From assembly GCA_032128115.1 (NCBI GenBank), contig JAQBHB010000026.1, positions 1 to 63,199 on the forward strand: a stretch of 63,199 nt of DNA, in the 5' to 3' direction. Shown piece by piece: positions 9,321-22,466 of the stretch. A program made the position numbers and the translations under genes. Each line of letters opens with the position of its first letter. Positions within the stretch are counted from its first letter, which is position 1. Below the pieces are notes generated by a model. The model searched no databases. It was not told the DNA's origin and was given only the letters and a program-made list of their open reading frames with translations. The stretch comes from Deltaproteobacteria bacterium. Its GTDB lineage: Bacteria; Myxococcota_A; UBA9160; SMWR01.

Positions 9321-10997
9321 TCATTTTGCCATTGAGCGGCGAATCCAGAGCTGTTGTGCGATCGCCAGCATGTTGCTGAGCATCCAGTAAAGCACCAGTC
9401 CGGATGCAAACTGGTAGAAGACCACCGTCATCACGATGGGCATCACGGTCGTCATCATGCGCGCCTGGGCCGGGTCCATGGACGGCTGGGGCGTCATCCG
9501 CTGCTGCAGCACCATGGTGGCGCCCATGATGAGCGGCAGCACCCGCACGGGCAGATCCAGGCCCGGGATCACGAAGAGCGTTTCCGGGGCTGAGAGGTCC
9601 GTGATCCAGCCGAAGAACGGAGCTTCGCGCAGCTCGATCGAGCTACGAAGGGCATAGAACAGGCCGATCATGACGGGAAGCTGCAGCACCATCGGGAGAC
9701 ACCCGCCCAGCGGATTGACTCCCTCGCTCTTGTAGAGCGCCATCATGGCTTCCGACTGCTTTTGCTTGTCGTCCTTGTGCTTCGCCTGAAGCTCCTTGAG
9801 CTTCGGCTGCAGGCTCCGCATGGCCTCCATGGAGCGCATCTGCTTGGCCACGAGAGGGGCGGTTACCAGCTTGACCAGAATCGTCAGGATCACGATCGCT
9901 ACGCCGTAGTTCGGGATGAACGAGTAGAGCACCCGCAGCATCCACGAGAAGAAGTGTGTCATGGGCGAGATCCACGACCAACCCACGTCGACTGCGTGGA
10001 CGGCTGCGTCTCCCAGCGCTTCGAGCCGCTCCACTTCTTTGGGGCCCACGTAGCCCCGGAACACTCGACTCGCCGCTTGTCCCGGCGGCAGTGACACCGG
10101 TGGAAACTCGAGCAGCGCCATCCCGTACCCGCCGCCCCGGGTTGCCAGCAGCGCGCTGGCCTCGGCGGGCTCGTCCGGGAACAGCGCGCTGAGGAAGTAG
10201 GTGTTCTGAACGCCGACGAAGTCGACATTGCCCGCCAGGGGTTGATTGCCATCGCCGCCAGACGCACAGGCCATGGGTCCGCCACCGCTCAGGGCCTCGG
10301 TCTTCAGTTTGCCATCATGCACCGCCACCATGCCCTGCTCGCGGAAATCCTGGCCCTCGCGGGTGTGCGCCGGCCACTCCACGACGAAACGCGGAGCCAC
10401 CGTGGCCTTGGATGCGTTCTCGACCTGGATCTCCACTTCGAAGTCGTACGAGTCCGCCCCGAACCGGTAGATCTTGCGAAGTGTCACACCATCTCGTGTC
10501 ATGCGGAAAACCAGCTGCGTGCCGTCGTTCTCCGCCACCTCCCAGATCGCGTGGTTGAGGTTGCCCAGGCCCAGCTCCTTGAAAGGCGTCGCCACCGCTG
10601 TGGCCATGGGATCCTGGCCGGTGGTCAGCACCACGGGGCGGCGATCCTTGCGCGGCCCCTCCAGGTAGGTCTTGAGACTCCACTTCCGGATCCCCGCACC
10701 GCGCGTCCCAAGCTCGACCTGGTAGAGAGGTTTGTCGATCTCGATGATCTCACCCGGATCCGTCGCTGCCTCCGGCTCACCTGGATCCGCGATCGCAGAA
10801 CGCGTCTGCAAAGCGAGTGGGTCATCCAGCGAATCGGGGCTCAGGCCGGGGGGTTCAATGGCAGTCGGGGCGATCGACTCTTCGGCACCCGGCGCCTCGG
10901 TCCCTGCCGGGGCCCGGCGCGGGCTCTCCTGCATGGACATCCAGATCAGGATCACCCCGATGGACAGGGCGAAGGCCAGGATGTGATTGCGTTCCAC
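9321..10997 (-). CDS. yidC: Membrane protein insertase YidC
   Basis: NYGVAIVILTILVK, GVNPLGGCLPMVLQLP, WITDLSAP, SGLVLYW. Confidence 0.97.
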   Translation of the reverse strand: MERNHILAFALSIGVILIWMSMQESPRRAPAGTEAPGAEESIAPTAIEPPGLSPDSLDDPLALQTRSAIADPGEPEAATDPGEIIEIDKPLYQVELGTRGAGIRKWSLKTYLEGPRKDRRPVVLTTGQDPMATAVATPFKELGLGNLNHAIWEVAENDGTQLVFRMTRDGVTLRKIYRFGADSYDFEVEIQVENASKATVAPRFVVEWPAHTREGQDFREQGMVAVHDGKLKTEALSGGGPMACASGGDGNQPLAGNVDFVGVQNTYFLSALFPDEPAEASALLATRGGGYGMALLEFPPVSLPPGQAASRVFRGYVGPKEVERLEALGDAAVHAVDVGWSWISPMTHFFSWMLRVLYSFIPNYGVAIVILTILVKLVTAPLVAKQMRSMEAMRSLQPKLKELQAKHKDDKQKQSEAMMALYKSEGVNPLGGCLPMVLQLPVMIGLFYALRSSIELREAPFFGWITDLSAPETLFVIPGLDLPVRVLPLIMGATMVLQQRMTPQPSMDPAQARMMTTVMPIVMTVVFYQFASGLVLYWMLSNMLAIAQQLWIRRSMAK

Positions 10998-11006
10998 TCG
11001 CTGCCC

Positions 11007-11285
11007 TCAGGGAACCGGATCGTAACCGCTCGAGCCCAGCGGATGGCAGCGGCCCAGCCGACGCGCAGCGTGCCAACTTCCCCGCACCACCCCGTGGCGC
11101 CTGATCGCCTCGATCGCGAAGTGTGAGCAACTGGGTTCGTAGCGACAGGCCGGCCCAAGCCACGGCGAAACAACGAGTTGGTAGGCCCGGATTCCGCCGA
11201 CCACCAGCCCGGCTACCGCAGCCTGGATCCCTTGTTCGATGCGTACCAGAGATTGACTCACGAGTGTAGGGTTAACCACCCTCAC
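11007..11285 (-). CDS. yidD: Membrane protein insertion efficiency factor YidD
   Basis: YQLVVSP...CRYEPSCS...[20 protein letters not shown] start overlaps the rnpA stop. Confidence 0.93.
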   Translation of the reverse strand: MRVVNPTLVSQSLVRIEQGIQAAVAGLVVGGIRAYQLVVSPWLGPACRYEPSCSHFAIEAIRRHGVVRGSWHAARRLGRCHPLGSSGYDPVP

Positions 11286-11650
11286 CGGATGCCGGCCTCC
11301 AGCGATTCCACCAGGTTCTCCAACGCCTTCGTCGTTTCCTGCAGAGTGAGCTCCGAGGCACCGCGCCGGGCAATCACCACGACCTCGAGACCGGGTGCCA
11401 TCCCTGCTCGGGACCGGCGAAACCATTCCCGAATCCGCCTCTTGACGCGGTTTCTCACCACCGCGTTCCCCACCCGACGGCTGACCGTTACTCCAAGCCG
11501 ACGTCGTTCGCTGCCCTCACGCTCCCCTTGAGCTGCTAGCACCACGAAACAGCGCGCTGCGGCGCGTTTCCCGCGCCGCGCCACCTGCTTGAACTCCGAG
11601 GAACGAAGGAGGCGGTCCGCCCGCCCAAAGCGGCCGGTCCGCAATGTCAC
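11282..11650 (-). CDS. rnpA: Ribonuclease P protein component
   Basis: [25 protein letters not shown]. Confidence 0.96.
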   Translation of the reverse strand: MTLRTGRFGRADRLLRSSEFKQVARRGKRAAARCFVVLAAQGEREGSERRRLGVTVSRRVGNAVVRNRVKRRIREWFRRSRAGMAPGLEVVVIARRGASELTLQETTKALENLVESLEAGIR

Positions 11651-11652
11651 GG

Positions 11653-11802
11653 CTATTTCGACGGAGTTGCGACCGTCAGCCGCTTTCGGCCCTTCGCCCG
11701 CCGCCGACTCAGAACAGCACGTCCAGCCCGGGTCTTCATTCGAGCCCGAAAACCGTGGACACGCCTGCGGCGAATCCGGCTCGGTTGGTACGTCCGTTTC
11801 AT
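11653..11802 (-). CDS. rpmH: 50S ribosomal protein L34 (below ORF-track cutoff)
   Basis: Manual translation [49 protein letters not shown]. Confidence 0.98.
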   Translation of the reverse strand: MKRTYQPSRIRRRRVHGFRARMKTRAGRAVLSRRRAKGRKRLTVATPSK

Positions 11803-12133
11803 GAAGGATCCCTGCCAGCCATTACGAGAGCACGGTAGACTAGCTGCGCCGTCGGCAGGCCGTCAATCCACCCCCTGGTGAAAAGCACCCTCGACCCCCA
11901 TTTCGCTCGAAACCATAGGCCCTGGGAGGCTCCGTTTCTGACAAAGCCCATGGTAATATCCGACCCGGGGAGTGAGTTCACCGGCGTTATAGACCCGAAC
12001 CCGATCGCCGGTATCGACCGACAAGTACTGGAACCCCAGTGATCTCCACGGTCTCACCGGCTTTTGTCGGCCTGCGACCGGCTCTTCTACGACTACTGAT
12101 TATCTCCTACCCAATCCAGGAGCGTAGAGCGAT
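11803..12133. other. Candidate oriC / divergent promoter region between rpmH and dnaN
   Basis: Gene orientation switches here; visibly less GC-rich; DnaA-trio-like tract CTTCTACGACTACTG at 12084-12098; no canonical TTATCCACA box found. Confidence 0.5.
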
Positions 12134-13258
12134 ATGAAGCTTTCCATCGACAAATCCGAATTCCAGAAGGGGCTCGCTCGCATCCAGGCCATCGTCGAGA
12201 AGCGAAATACGATGCCTATTCTTGCGAACGTCCTGATTCGAGTCACCAAGGCCGATGCCGGAGGTGCCCTCGAGCTGGCAGCGACCGACCTGGAGGTAGG
12301 GATTCGTGGATCCCATGGCGCCGAGGTCGAGACCGCCGGTGAAGTTACCGTCTCGGCCAAGAAGCTCTTCGAGATCGTCCGTGAACTTCCAGACGAGCCG
12401 GTTCACCTGGAACTCGCACCCAATGGTTATCTGCAGCTCCGTTGCGCGCGTTCCGAGTTCCTGCTGGCGGCTACCAGCGCCGAGGAATATCCGAGCCTTC
12501 CGAGTGTCTCTCCCGGGCGGATGGCCGTAGTCCAGGCAGCGGTCTTGAGTGACATGATCGCACGCACCATGTACGCCGCGTCTGTTGATGAGACCCGGTA
12601 CAACCTCAATGGAGTCTACCTGGAACAACTGGTCGATGAGGGCAAGCTTCGCATGGTGGCTACCGACGGCCATCGACTGGCTTATGTGGATCGCGAGTTG
12701 GGCGGCGAGCTCGACGGGCTGGGGAGCGGTGTAATCGTGCCTCGCAAGGCACTGGCTGAGATCAAGCGCCTGGTAGATGAGGACGACGCCGACGAGGTCG
12801 AAATCGGCTTCGAGGGCAACAGTGGTCTCGTCCGCAAGGGTGAAGTCACTCTCGTAATCCGCCTGATCGAGGGTGAGTTCCCCAACTACCGACAGGTCAT
12901 ACCGGAAAAAGAGGGCCTTCAACTGGTCCTGTCCTCGGACACCTTCAACCACGCCCTGCGGCGGGTGGTCCTGCTGTCGGCCGAGCGCAGCCGCGCAGTG
13001 AAGCTCGAGGTCGGCGACGGCGTGCTCGCACTCTCGGCCAACAATCCCGACCTGGGTGAGGCCCGAGAGGAATTCGATGTGGACTACGCAGGCGAGAAGG
13101 TCAGCATTGCCTTCAATGCCCGCTATCTGCTGGATGCCTTGGCAGCGATGAACGCCAAGGAGGTGAGGCTCGGATTCCAGGACGAGCTTTCCCCTGCACG
13201 CCTGGTCCCAGTGAATGACGAAGACACGCTCGCGGTCGTCATGCCCATGCGCGTCTGA
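12134..13258 (+). CDS. dnaN: DNA polymerase III subunit beta (sliding clamp)
   Basis: PILANVL, ATDLE, DETRYNLNGV, VATDGHRLA, FNARYLLD, VVMPMRV. Confidence 0.98.
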   Translation: MKLSIDKSEFQKGLARIQAIVEKRNTMPILANVLIRVTKADAGGALELAATDLEVGIRGSHGAEVETAGEVTVSAKKLFEIVRELPDEPVHLELAPNGYLQLRCARSEFLLAATSAEEYPSLPSVSPGRMAVVQAAVLSDMIARTMYAASVDETRYNLNGVYLEQLVDEGKLRMVATDGHRLAYVDRELGGELDGLGSGVIVPRKALAEIKRLVDEDDADEVEIGFEGNSGLVRKGEVTLVIRLIEGEFPNYRQVIPEKEGLQLVLSSDTFNHALRRVVLLSAERSRAVKLEVGDGVLALSANNPDLGEAREEFDVDYAGEKVSIAFNARYLLDALAAMNAKEVRLGFQDELSPARLVPVNDEDTLAVVMPMRV

Positions 13259-13311
13259 AACCCGGAAATCACGGAACCCGAAACCTTTACGGGGACTTAG
13301 GTATCCTGTAA

Positions 13312-15852
<2,541 letters not shown>

Positions 15853-18357
15853 TTGGCCGTGGCCGACGGAACCGAAGAAATCCAGGATCCCGAACCGGGG
15901 GGAGGTGCGCCGCCGCCGATCCATCCCCCGGTGAATATCGAGGACGAGGTCCGCCGCTCGTTCCTCGACTACGCCATGTCGGTGATCGTGAGCCGCGCGC
16001 TTCCAGACGTGCGCGATGGCCTGAAGCCCGTCCATCGCCGCATCCTGTACGCCATGCAGCAGGAGGGCCTGCTCTCGACCCGGGGCTATTCGAAGTCCGC
16101 CGGTGTCGTGGGCGAGGTGCTCAAGCACTACCACCCGCACGGCGACTCGGCGGTCTACGACTCCATGGTCCGGATGGCCCAGGACTTCTCGCTCCGGTAT
16201 CCGCTCGTGGATGGCCAGGGCAACTTCGGGTCCATCGACGGCGACTCCGCGGCGGCGTACCGCTACACCGAGGCCCGTCTCACGGCCCTGGCCGAGGTCA
16301 TGCTCCGCGACATCGACCGCGAGACAGTCGACTTCGTGGACAACTTCGACGGCACCGTGCAGGAGCCGACGGTGCTCCCGTCGCAATTCCCCAACCTGCT
16401 GGCCAACGGCTCGGCGGGCATCGCTGTGGGAATGGCCACGAACATTCCACCCCACAACCTGCGCGAGCTGGTGGACGCCATGGTGCTGGAGGCCCGCAAT
16501 CCGGACTGCACGCTGGATGATCTGATCGAGAAGATGCCCGGGCCCGACTTCCCCACTGGTGCCATGATCTGTGGCAAGGAGGGGATCCGCTCGGCCTACG
16601 CCACGGGGCGCGGCCTGCTCACAGTGCGCGCCCGCGCCGACTTCGAGGAGAACAAGCGCGGCCCGCGGATCGTCGTGAGCGAGATCCCCTTCATGGTGAA
16701 CAAGGCGTCGCTGCTGGAGCGGATCGCCGAGCTGGTTCGCGAAGGCCGGATCGACGGCGTGGTCGACCTGCGAGACGAGTCGAACCGCCAGGGCATGCGC
16801 ATCGTGATCGAGATGCGGCGCGACGCGCCTGGCGAGGTGGTGCTGAACCAGCTCTACAAGCAGACGCCGCTGCAATCCACCTTCGGCATCAATCTGCTTG
16901 CCCTGGTGAACGGTCGGCCCCAGCTGCTCTCACTGAAGGAGGCCATTCGTCACTTCATCGACTTCCGGCGCGAGGTGGTGGTGCGCCGGGCCACCTACGA
17001 CCTGGCACAGGCCGAGGCCCGGGCCCATCTGCTGGATGGCTTTGCCATCGCGCTGGACAACCTGGACGAGGTGATCTCGATCATCCGCGGATCGCAGTCC
17101 ACGGCCGAGGCCCGGACCCGGCTGATCGAGCGCTTCGAGCTGAGCGAACTGCAGGCCAACGCCATCCTGGACATGCGCCTGCGGGCCCTCACGGCCCTGG
17201 AGCGCCAGAAGGTGATGAGCGAGCTCGCGGAGGTGCGCGCCAAGATCGACGACCTCAAAGATCTGCTCACCAACGACGAGCGCATCCTGGATGACGTGGT
17301 CGAAGAGCTGGCTGAGGTCCGAGAGAGGTTCGGCGACGAGCGCCGCACCGAGCTGGGACCGGCGGTCGTGGGTATCAGCACGGAAGACCTGATCGTCGAG
17401 GAAGACATGGTGGTGACCGTGTCGCACCACGGTTACATCAAGCGCAATCCGGCCACCCAGTACCGTGCGCAGCGCCGAGGCGGCAAGGGTGTCAAGGGTA
17501 TGGAAGCCCGCCAGGAGGACTTCGTCGAGCGCCTGTTCGTGGCCTCGACCCACGACTACATCCTGTTCTTCACTACGCGCGGGCGCGCCCACTGGCTCAA
17601 GGTGCACGAGCTGCCCCAGCTTGGGCGCGCTGCGCGGGGCAAGGCGTTGGTCAACGTGTTGCAACTGGCCGAGGGCGAGCGCGTGCAGGCGACGCTGCCG
17701 GTTCGCGATTTCAGCGGTGACGAGTTCGTGGTGTTGTGCACGCGCAAGGCCGTGATCAAGAAGACGCGTCTGGACGCCTATTCGAACCCGCGGCGCGGCG
17801 GCATCATCGCGATCAAGCTCGACGAGGACGACGAGTTGATTGCGGCCTGCAAGACCAGCAGCGGCAACGAGGTGCTGATCGCAAGCTGTGGCGGCAAGTC
17901 GATCCGCTTCCAGGAAGATCAGGTGCGCGCGATGGGCCGCGCGGCGGCGGGCGTGCGTGGCATGGGCCTGAAGGGCTCCGACCGGGTGGTGGGGATGGAG
18001 GTGCTCACGCCGGGTGCCACCATTCTCACGTTGACCGAGAACGGCTACGGCAAGCGCACGCCGCTCGAGGACTACCGGCTCCAGCGCCGCGGTGGGCAGG
18101 GCATCATCACGATCCGTACCACCAACCGCAACGGAGAGGTAGTGAGCGTGGCGCAGGTGGTGGACGACGACGAGGTCATGCTGATCACCGACGGTGGCAA
18201 GGTGCTGCGCTCCAAGGTCTCGGGCATCTCCACCATGGGCCGCGCCACCCAGGGCGTGCGCATCATGAAGCTGGACGCCGGAGAGAAGATCGTCGCCATG
18301 GCTCGCCTGGCTGAACGCGACATGGGCGACGGCAACGGCTCCGCAACCGAGGAGTAA
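15853..18357 (+). CDS. gyrA: DNA gyrase subunit A
   Basis: [30 protein letters not shown], GyrA-box QRRGGKG. Confidence 0.99.
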   Translation: MAVADGTEEIQDPEPGGGAPPPIHPPVNIEDEVRRSFLDYAMSVIVSRALPDVRDGLKPVHRRILYAMQQEGLLSTRGYSKSAGVVGEVLKHYHPHGDSAVYDSMVRMAQDFSLRYPLVDGQGNFGSIDGDSAAAYRYTEARLTALAEVMLRDIDRETVDFVDNFDGTVQEPTVLPSQFPNLLANGSAGIAVGMATNIPPHNLRELVDAMVLEARNPDCTLDDLIEKMPGPDFPTGAMICGKEGIRSAYATGRGLLTVRARADFEENKRGPRIVVSEIPFMVNKASLLERIAELVREGRIDGVVDLRDESNRQGMRIVIEMRRDAPGEVVLNQLYKQTPLQSTFGINLLALVNGRPQLLSLKEAIRHFIDFRREVVVRRATYDLAQAEARAHLLDGFAIALDNLDEVISIIRGSQSTAEARTRLIERFELSELQANAILDMRLRALTALERQKVMSELAEVRAKIDDLKDLLTNDERILDDVVEELAEVRERFGDERRTELGPAVVGISTEDLIVEEDMVVTVSHHGYIKRNPATQYRAQRRGGKGVKGMEARQEDFVERLFVASTHDYILFFTTRGRAHWLKVHELPQLGRAARGKALVNVLQLAEGERVQATLPVRDFSGDEFVVLCTRKAVIKKTRLDAYSNPRRGGIIAIKLDEDDELIAACKTSSGNEVLIASCGGKSIRFQEDQVRAMGRAAAGVRGMGLKGSDRVVGMEVLTPGATILTLTENGYGKRTPLEDYRLQRRGGQGIITIRTTNRNGEVVSVAQVVDDDEVMLITDGGKVLRSKVSGISTMGRATQGVRIMKLDAGEKIVAMARLAERDMGDGNGSATEE

Positions 18358-18368
18358 GCGGGTCGTAG

Positions 18369-19661
18369 GTGAAGATCGATCGTTCCAGCGAGCTGTTTGA
18401 ACGCGCCCGGAGGTCGATTCCCGGGGGCGTCAACAGTCCCGTGCGAGCCTTCGGTTCGGTGGGGGGCCCGCCGCGATTCATCCGGCGAGGCGAGGGTTGC
18501 CGCGTCTGGGATGAGGACGGCAACGAATACATCGACTACGTGGGGTCGTGGGGTCCGCTGATCCTGGGCCACGCCGACCCGGGCGTTCTTCTGGCGATAT
18601 CAGACGCCATGACACGGGGTACGAGCTTCGGCGCGCCCACCGAACTCGAGATCCAGCTGGCCGAGGCCATCTGCGAGGCGGTGCCCGGTGTCGAGCGCGT
18701 GCGCATGGTGAGTTCGGGCACCGAGGCCACCATGAGCGCCGTGCGACTGGCGCGCGGCGTCACGGGTCGCGCTCGCATCGTGAAGTTCGAGGGCTGCTAC
18801 CACGGCCACGCCGACGCCCTCCTCCTGGGCGCCGGCAGCGGAGTCGCGACCCTCGGGATCCCCGGATCGCCGGGGGTGCCCAGGGCCTTCACCGAACTCA
18901 CCATCCAGGCGCCCTACAACGACAGCGAGGCCGTGGCCGCCGCGTTCGAGCGTTGGGGCGACGAGATCGCCTGCGTGATCGTGGAGCCAGTCGCCGGCAA
19001 CATGGGCTTCATTCCGCCGGAGCCCGGCTTCCTGATGTCGCTCCGGGAGCAGTGCGACCGGGCCGGTGCCCTGCTGGTGTTCGACGAGGTCATCACCGGC
19101 TTCCGGGTGGCACGTGGCGGCGCCCAGGCCCGCTTCGGGATCGCCCCCGACCTCACCTGCCTCGGCAAGATCGTGGGCGGCGGCCTCCCTGCCGCGGCCT
19201 ACGGTGGCCGCCGCGACCTGATGGACCATATGGCGCCCGATGGCCCGATCTACCAGGCGGGAACGCTATCGGGCAATCCCCTGGCCATGGCCGCGGGCCT
19301 CGAAACCCTGCGACGGCTGGCGCTGCCCGGCGTATACGAACGACTCGAGGCCACGTCCCTGCGCCTGGCCGATGGCTTCCAGAAGCTGGCCGGCGAGGCC
19401 GGCGTCGAGCTCACCGCTCAGGCGATGGGGGGCATCTTCGGGTTCTTCTTCCACCCGGGCCCGGTCCGTGATTTCGAAGCCGCCAAGAAGGCCGACGCCG
19501 ACGGCTTTCGGCGCTTCTTCTCGGCGGCCCTGGAGCACGGGGTGTATCTGGCCCCATCCCCCTACGAGTGCAGCTTCGTCTCACTGGCTCACGAGCCCTC
19601 GGATCTCGAAACCACGCTCCAGGCGGTGGGAGCCGCCATGGCCGCTGCCGCGGCGCGTTGA
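18369..19661 (+). CDS. hemL: Glutamate-1-semialdehyde 2,1-aminomutase
   Basis: [48 protein letters not shown]. Confidence 0.98.
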   Translation: MKIDRSSELFERARRSIPGGVNSPVRAFGSVGGPPRFIRRGEGCRVWDEDGNEYIDYVGSWGPLILGHADPGVLLAISDAMTRGTSFGAPTELEIQLAEAICEAVPGVERVRMVSSGTEATMSAVRLARGVTGRARIVKFEGCYHGHADALLLGAGSGVATLGIPGSPGVPRAFTELTIQAPYNDSEAVAAAFERWGDEIACVIVEPVAGNMGFIPPEPGFLMSLREQCDRAGALLVFDEVITGFRVARGGAQARFGIAPDLTCLGKIVGGGLPAAAYGGRRDLMDHMAPDGPIYQAGTLSGNPLAMAAGLETLRRLALPGVYERLEATSLRLADGFQKLAGEAGVELTAQAMGGIFGFFFHPGPVRDFEAAKKADADGFRRFFSAALEHGVYLAPSPYECSFVSLAHEPSDLETTLQAVGAAMAAAAAR

Positions 19662-19728
19662 GCGAATCCGGGGCCTCGGCTAGCATGCGCGCCGCGCACC
19701 CGCGGGCCCACGTGAGGAGATTGACCCC

Positions 19729-19989
19729 GTGAGGGTCCCGAAAAGCGAGCGGGAGGCGCGCGTTCGCAGCGCGGGAACCGCCTACCAGGGCGCGTTCGAG
19801 TCAGTCTTCGCGATCTTGATCGGCGCCGGGTTCGGCTACTGGGCCGACAAGAGTTTTGACTCAGCGCCGTGGGGCCTGCTGGTGGGGCTCGCCTTGGGCT
19901 TCGGCGCCTTCGTGCTGCGGCTGGTGCGGCTGGCCCGGCAGCTCGACGCGTTGACAGAGAGCACCTCGCGGGAGTCCGAGGAGGAATAG
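19729..19989 (+). CDS. AtpZ/AtpI-family small membrane protein (ATP synthase gene 1)
   Basis: GAGFGYWADKSFDSAPWGLLVG pattern; first gene before atpB. Confidence 0.85.
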   Translation: MRVPKSEREARVRSAGTAYQGAFESVFAILIGAGFGYWADKSFDSAPWGLLVGLALGFGAFVLRLVRLARQLDALTESTSRESEEE

Positions 19990-19996
19990 CGCGAAA

Positions 19997-20455
19997 ATGC
20001 GCATCGAGCGTGTCGAGCGGTTGAACCTCGTTTTCAGCGCCAGCGCGGTCGCGGCGTCCTGGGCCTTCGTGTCGCCGGCATTCGCGGGCGGCATCGCCGC
20101 GGGCGCATTGATCGAGGCCGTGAACTTTCGCGGTCTGTTCCGAGCGGGCAAGCGGCTCTTCACCGGCCACGCCCCCAGCTGGACGTCGGGCTGGAGTCTT
20201 CGCTTCGGCCTGCTGGCCGCGGGCATTGGCGCCTCTCTCTACTTCGGCGCGGACCCGGTGGGACTCGTGATCGGTCTTTCCCTGATCCTTCCCGCCGCGG
20301 TGATCGAGGCCTGGCACTCGCGACCGCCGGTGCTCGAAGACGCACCCGCCCTGCCCCCGGACGATCCCAGCTGGGACCGCTGGGATCCGTGGCTGGCGCG
20401 CGAGCGTCCGGACGATGATCTCGACGACGGGCAGCCCGAGGAGGACGGCCGATGA
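19997..20455 (+). CDS. atpI: ATP synthase subunit I-like membrane protein
   Basis: About four hydrophobic segments, DPVGLVIGLS; overlaps the atpB start. Confidence 0.7.
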   Translation: MRIERVERLNLVFSASAVAASWAFVSPAFAGGIAAGALIEAVNFRGLFRAGKRLFTGHAPSWTSGWSLRFGLLAAGIGASLYFGADPVGLVIGLSLILPAAVIEAWHSRPPVLEDAPALPPDDPSWDRWDPWLARERPDDDLDDGQPEEDGR

Positions 20456-21171
20456 ACATCTACGGCCCCATCGAGCACGCGACCCATATCCCGTGGGTCT
20501 TCCAGGCGACCTTCTTGGCGGTGGGCCTCCTGCTTGTGGCCGGCGCGGTGATCCGCCGCCAGATCGCGGCGGCCGGCGGCGGTGTGGTTCCCGACGAGGG
20601 GGTCACTCTTCGCAACGTGGCCGAGACCCTGGTGGATGCCCTGGCGAACATGGCCCGCGACGTCATGGGCGACGGCTGGCGCAGCTACTTCCCACTGGTG
20701 GGCACCATCTTCGTCTTCGTGCTGGTCTCGAACCTGATGGGCCTGGTGCCGGGCCTCGCCGGTGCCACCAGTGACACGAACACCACCACGGCCTGGGCGG
20801 TGATCTCGTTCGGCGTCTACAACGCGGTAGGGATCCGCCAGCACGGTTGGCGCTACATCAACCAGTTCATGGGGCCGAGCTTCTTCACCTGGAAGATCGG
20901 GGCCCACAGTTTCCACGTGCGACCCCTGGCGTGGTTCTTCCTGCCCCTCGAGCTCTTCCTGCACGCCGCGCGGATCCTGACCCTGTCGGTACGCCTGTTG
21001 GCGAATATGTACGCCGACCACACCGTGGTGGCGGTCTGGATCACGCTGATCCCGATCGCGATTCCCGCGGTTTTCATGGCATTGGGCGCCCTGGTCGCCG
21101 TGCTGCAGGCCTTCGTGTTTTCACTGCTCACCATGATCTACATCAGCATGGCGCTGGAGGAGCCCCACTAG
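20452..21171 (+). CDS. atpB: F0F1 ATP synthase subunit a
   Basis: SNLMGLVP, LTLSVRLLANMYADH (conserved Arg), LQAFVFSLLTMIYI. Confidence 0.96.
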   Translation: MNIYGPIEHATHIPWVFQATFLAVGLLLVAGAVIRRQIAAAGGGVVPDEGVTLRNVAETLVDALANMARDVMGDGWRSYFPLVGTIFVFVLVSNLMGLVPGLAGATSDTNTTTAWAVISFGVYNAVGIRQHGWRYINQFMGPSFFTWKIGAHSFHVRPLAWFFLPLELFLHAARILTLSVRLLANMYADHTVVAVWITLIPIAIPAVFMALGALVAVLQAFVFSLLTMIYISMALEEPH

Positions 21172-21218
21172 CAGGGCTCACTTTCGTGCCGAGCTATTTC
21201 AATGGAAGGAGAACGGAA

Positions 21219-21548
21219 ATGAGGAAATTCGTGAAGCTCGTGCTCTGGAGCCTGGTGTTCGTCGCCATCCCCGGTCTGGCAATGGCCGCCGAGCCCAGTG
21301 GGGATTCGTTCCTCGGCATCGGCGCCGGCCTCGCCGTGGGCGCGGGTCTGGCCGTGGGCCTGGCCGGCCTGGGCTGCGGCATCGGACAGGGCCTGACGGC
21401 GGGCAACACCACGGCGGGTATCGCCCGCAACCCTGGCGCCGCGGGCAGCATGTTCACGAACTTCATCCTGGCCATGGTGCTGATCGAGTCGATCTCGATC
21501 TACGGCCTGGTGATTGCACTGCTGCTGTACGGCAAGATCCCGGGCTGA
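21219..21548 (+). CDS. atpE: ATP synthase F0 subunit c
   Basis: AAGGAG RBS then ATG at 21219; GIGQG, IARNP, VLIESISIYGLVI. Confidence 0.96.
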   Translation: MRKFVKLVLWSLVFVAIPGLAMAAEPSGDSFLGIGAGLAVGAGLAVGLAGLGCGIGQGLTAGNTTAGIARNPGAAGSMFTNFILAMVLIESISIYGLVIALLLYGKIPG

Positions 21549-21564
21549 ATCTGGAGAAAAGAGA

Positions 21565-21635
21565 CGCCGGGCGGGAACTCGACACGGGCCTCACCCCGTT
21601 TGTTTCCCGTGTCGAACCCATGTCCCCGCCCGGCG
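21565..21635. other. Long two-stem hairpin downstream of atpE
   Basis: CGCCGGGCGGG (21565) pairs with CCCGCCCGGCG (21625); TCGACACGGG (21579) pairs with CCCGTGTCGA (21606). Confidence 0.7.
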
Positions 21636-21815
21636 CCCCAGGTCCCGCCGGCCCCCGGTCCCGTTGTAGGGGCGTGGCGGGTGTGCCGTGAGGCACGAGC
21701 CCAGGGAAGAGCAAGGGGCGTGCCGGCCTGCGCCGCTTGCCAGGCAGTTCCGGAATCCGGAGCCGCGGCGGAGGGTTGGCTGCGCGCCGCAGATTCTCTC
21801 CAGATGGGCGGGTGA

Positions 21816-22442
21816 ATGGCGGGTCACCGGGAGCGCGTGAACCCCGGGCGCCTCGTGGCCTTCGAGGGACTCGACGGCTGCGGCAAGAGCACCCAGATCG
21901 CGGCGCTCGAGCGCACTCTCGTGGAAGCCGGTGTTTCGGTGCTGCGAACCCATGAGCCCACCGATGGGCCGACGGGTCGGCGCATCCGCCGCATGGCGCG
22001 CTCGGGCCGGGCGGTAGATCCCCAGCAAGAGCTGGCCTTGTTCGTCGAAGACCGGCGCCAGCACGTGAGCGAGGTGATCGCGCCGGCCCTGGCCGAAGGC
22101 CGCGTCGTGCTGACGGACCGTTACTTCCTTTCGACCGTGGCCTACCAGGGCGCCCGCGGCCTGGATCCAGACAAGATCCTCGAGGAGAGCGAAGCCGAGT
22201 TCCCGTTGCCCGATCTCGCAATTCTGCTGGATGTGGATCCCGAACGGGGCATGCAGCGGGTGGAGGCGCGCGGTGCCGCGCCGGAGCCGGTTTTCGAACG
22301 CCGCGCTTTCCTCGAGCAGGTTGCCGCCAACTTCCTGGACCTCGACCGCCCCTATGTCGCTCGCATCGACGGCGCCCAGCCCGAGCCCGACGTCCGCCGC
22401 GCCGTCCACGCCTGTGTCCGCGCCCGGCTCGGGCTTCCCTGA
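21816..22442 (+). CDS. tmk: Thymidylate kinase
   Basis: FEGLDGCGKSTQ, THEP, DRYFLSTVAYQG, PDLAILLD; start may be GTG at 21837. Confidence 0.96.
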   Translation: MAGHRERVNPGRLVAFEGLDGCGKSTQIAALERTLVEAGVSVLRTHEPTDGPTGRRIRRMARSGRAVDPQQELALFVEDRRQHVSEVIAPALAEGRVVLTDRYFLSTVAYQGARGLDPDKILEESEAEFPLPDLAILLDVDPERGMQRVEARGAAPEPVFERRAFLEQVAANFLDLDRPYVARIDGAQPEPDVRRAVHACVRARLGLP

Positions 22443-22466
22443 GTCCGGCCGCGGGGGCGCTCGCGC

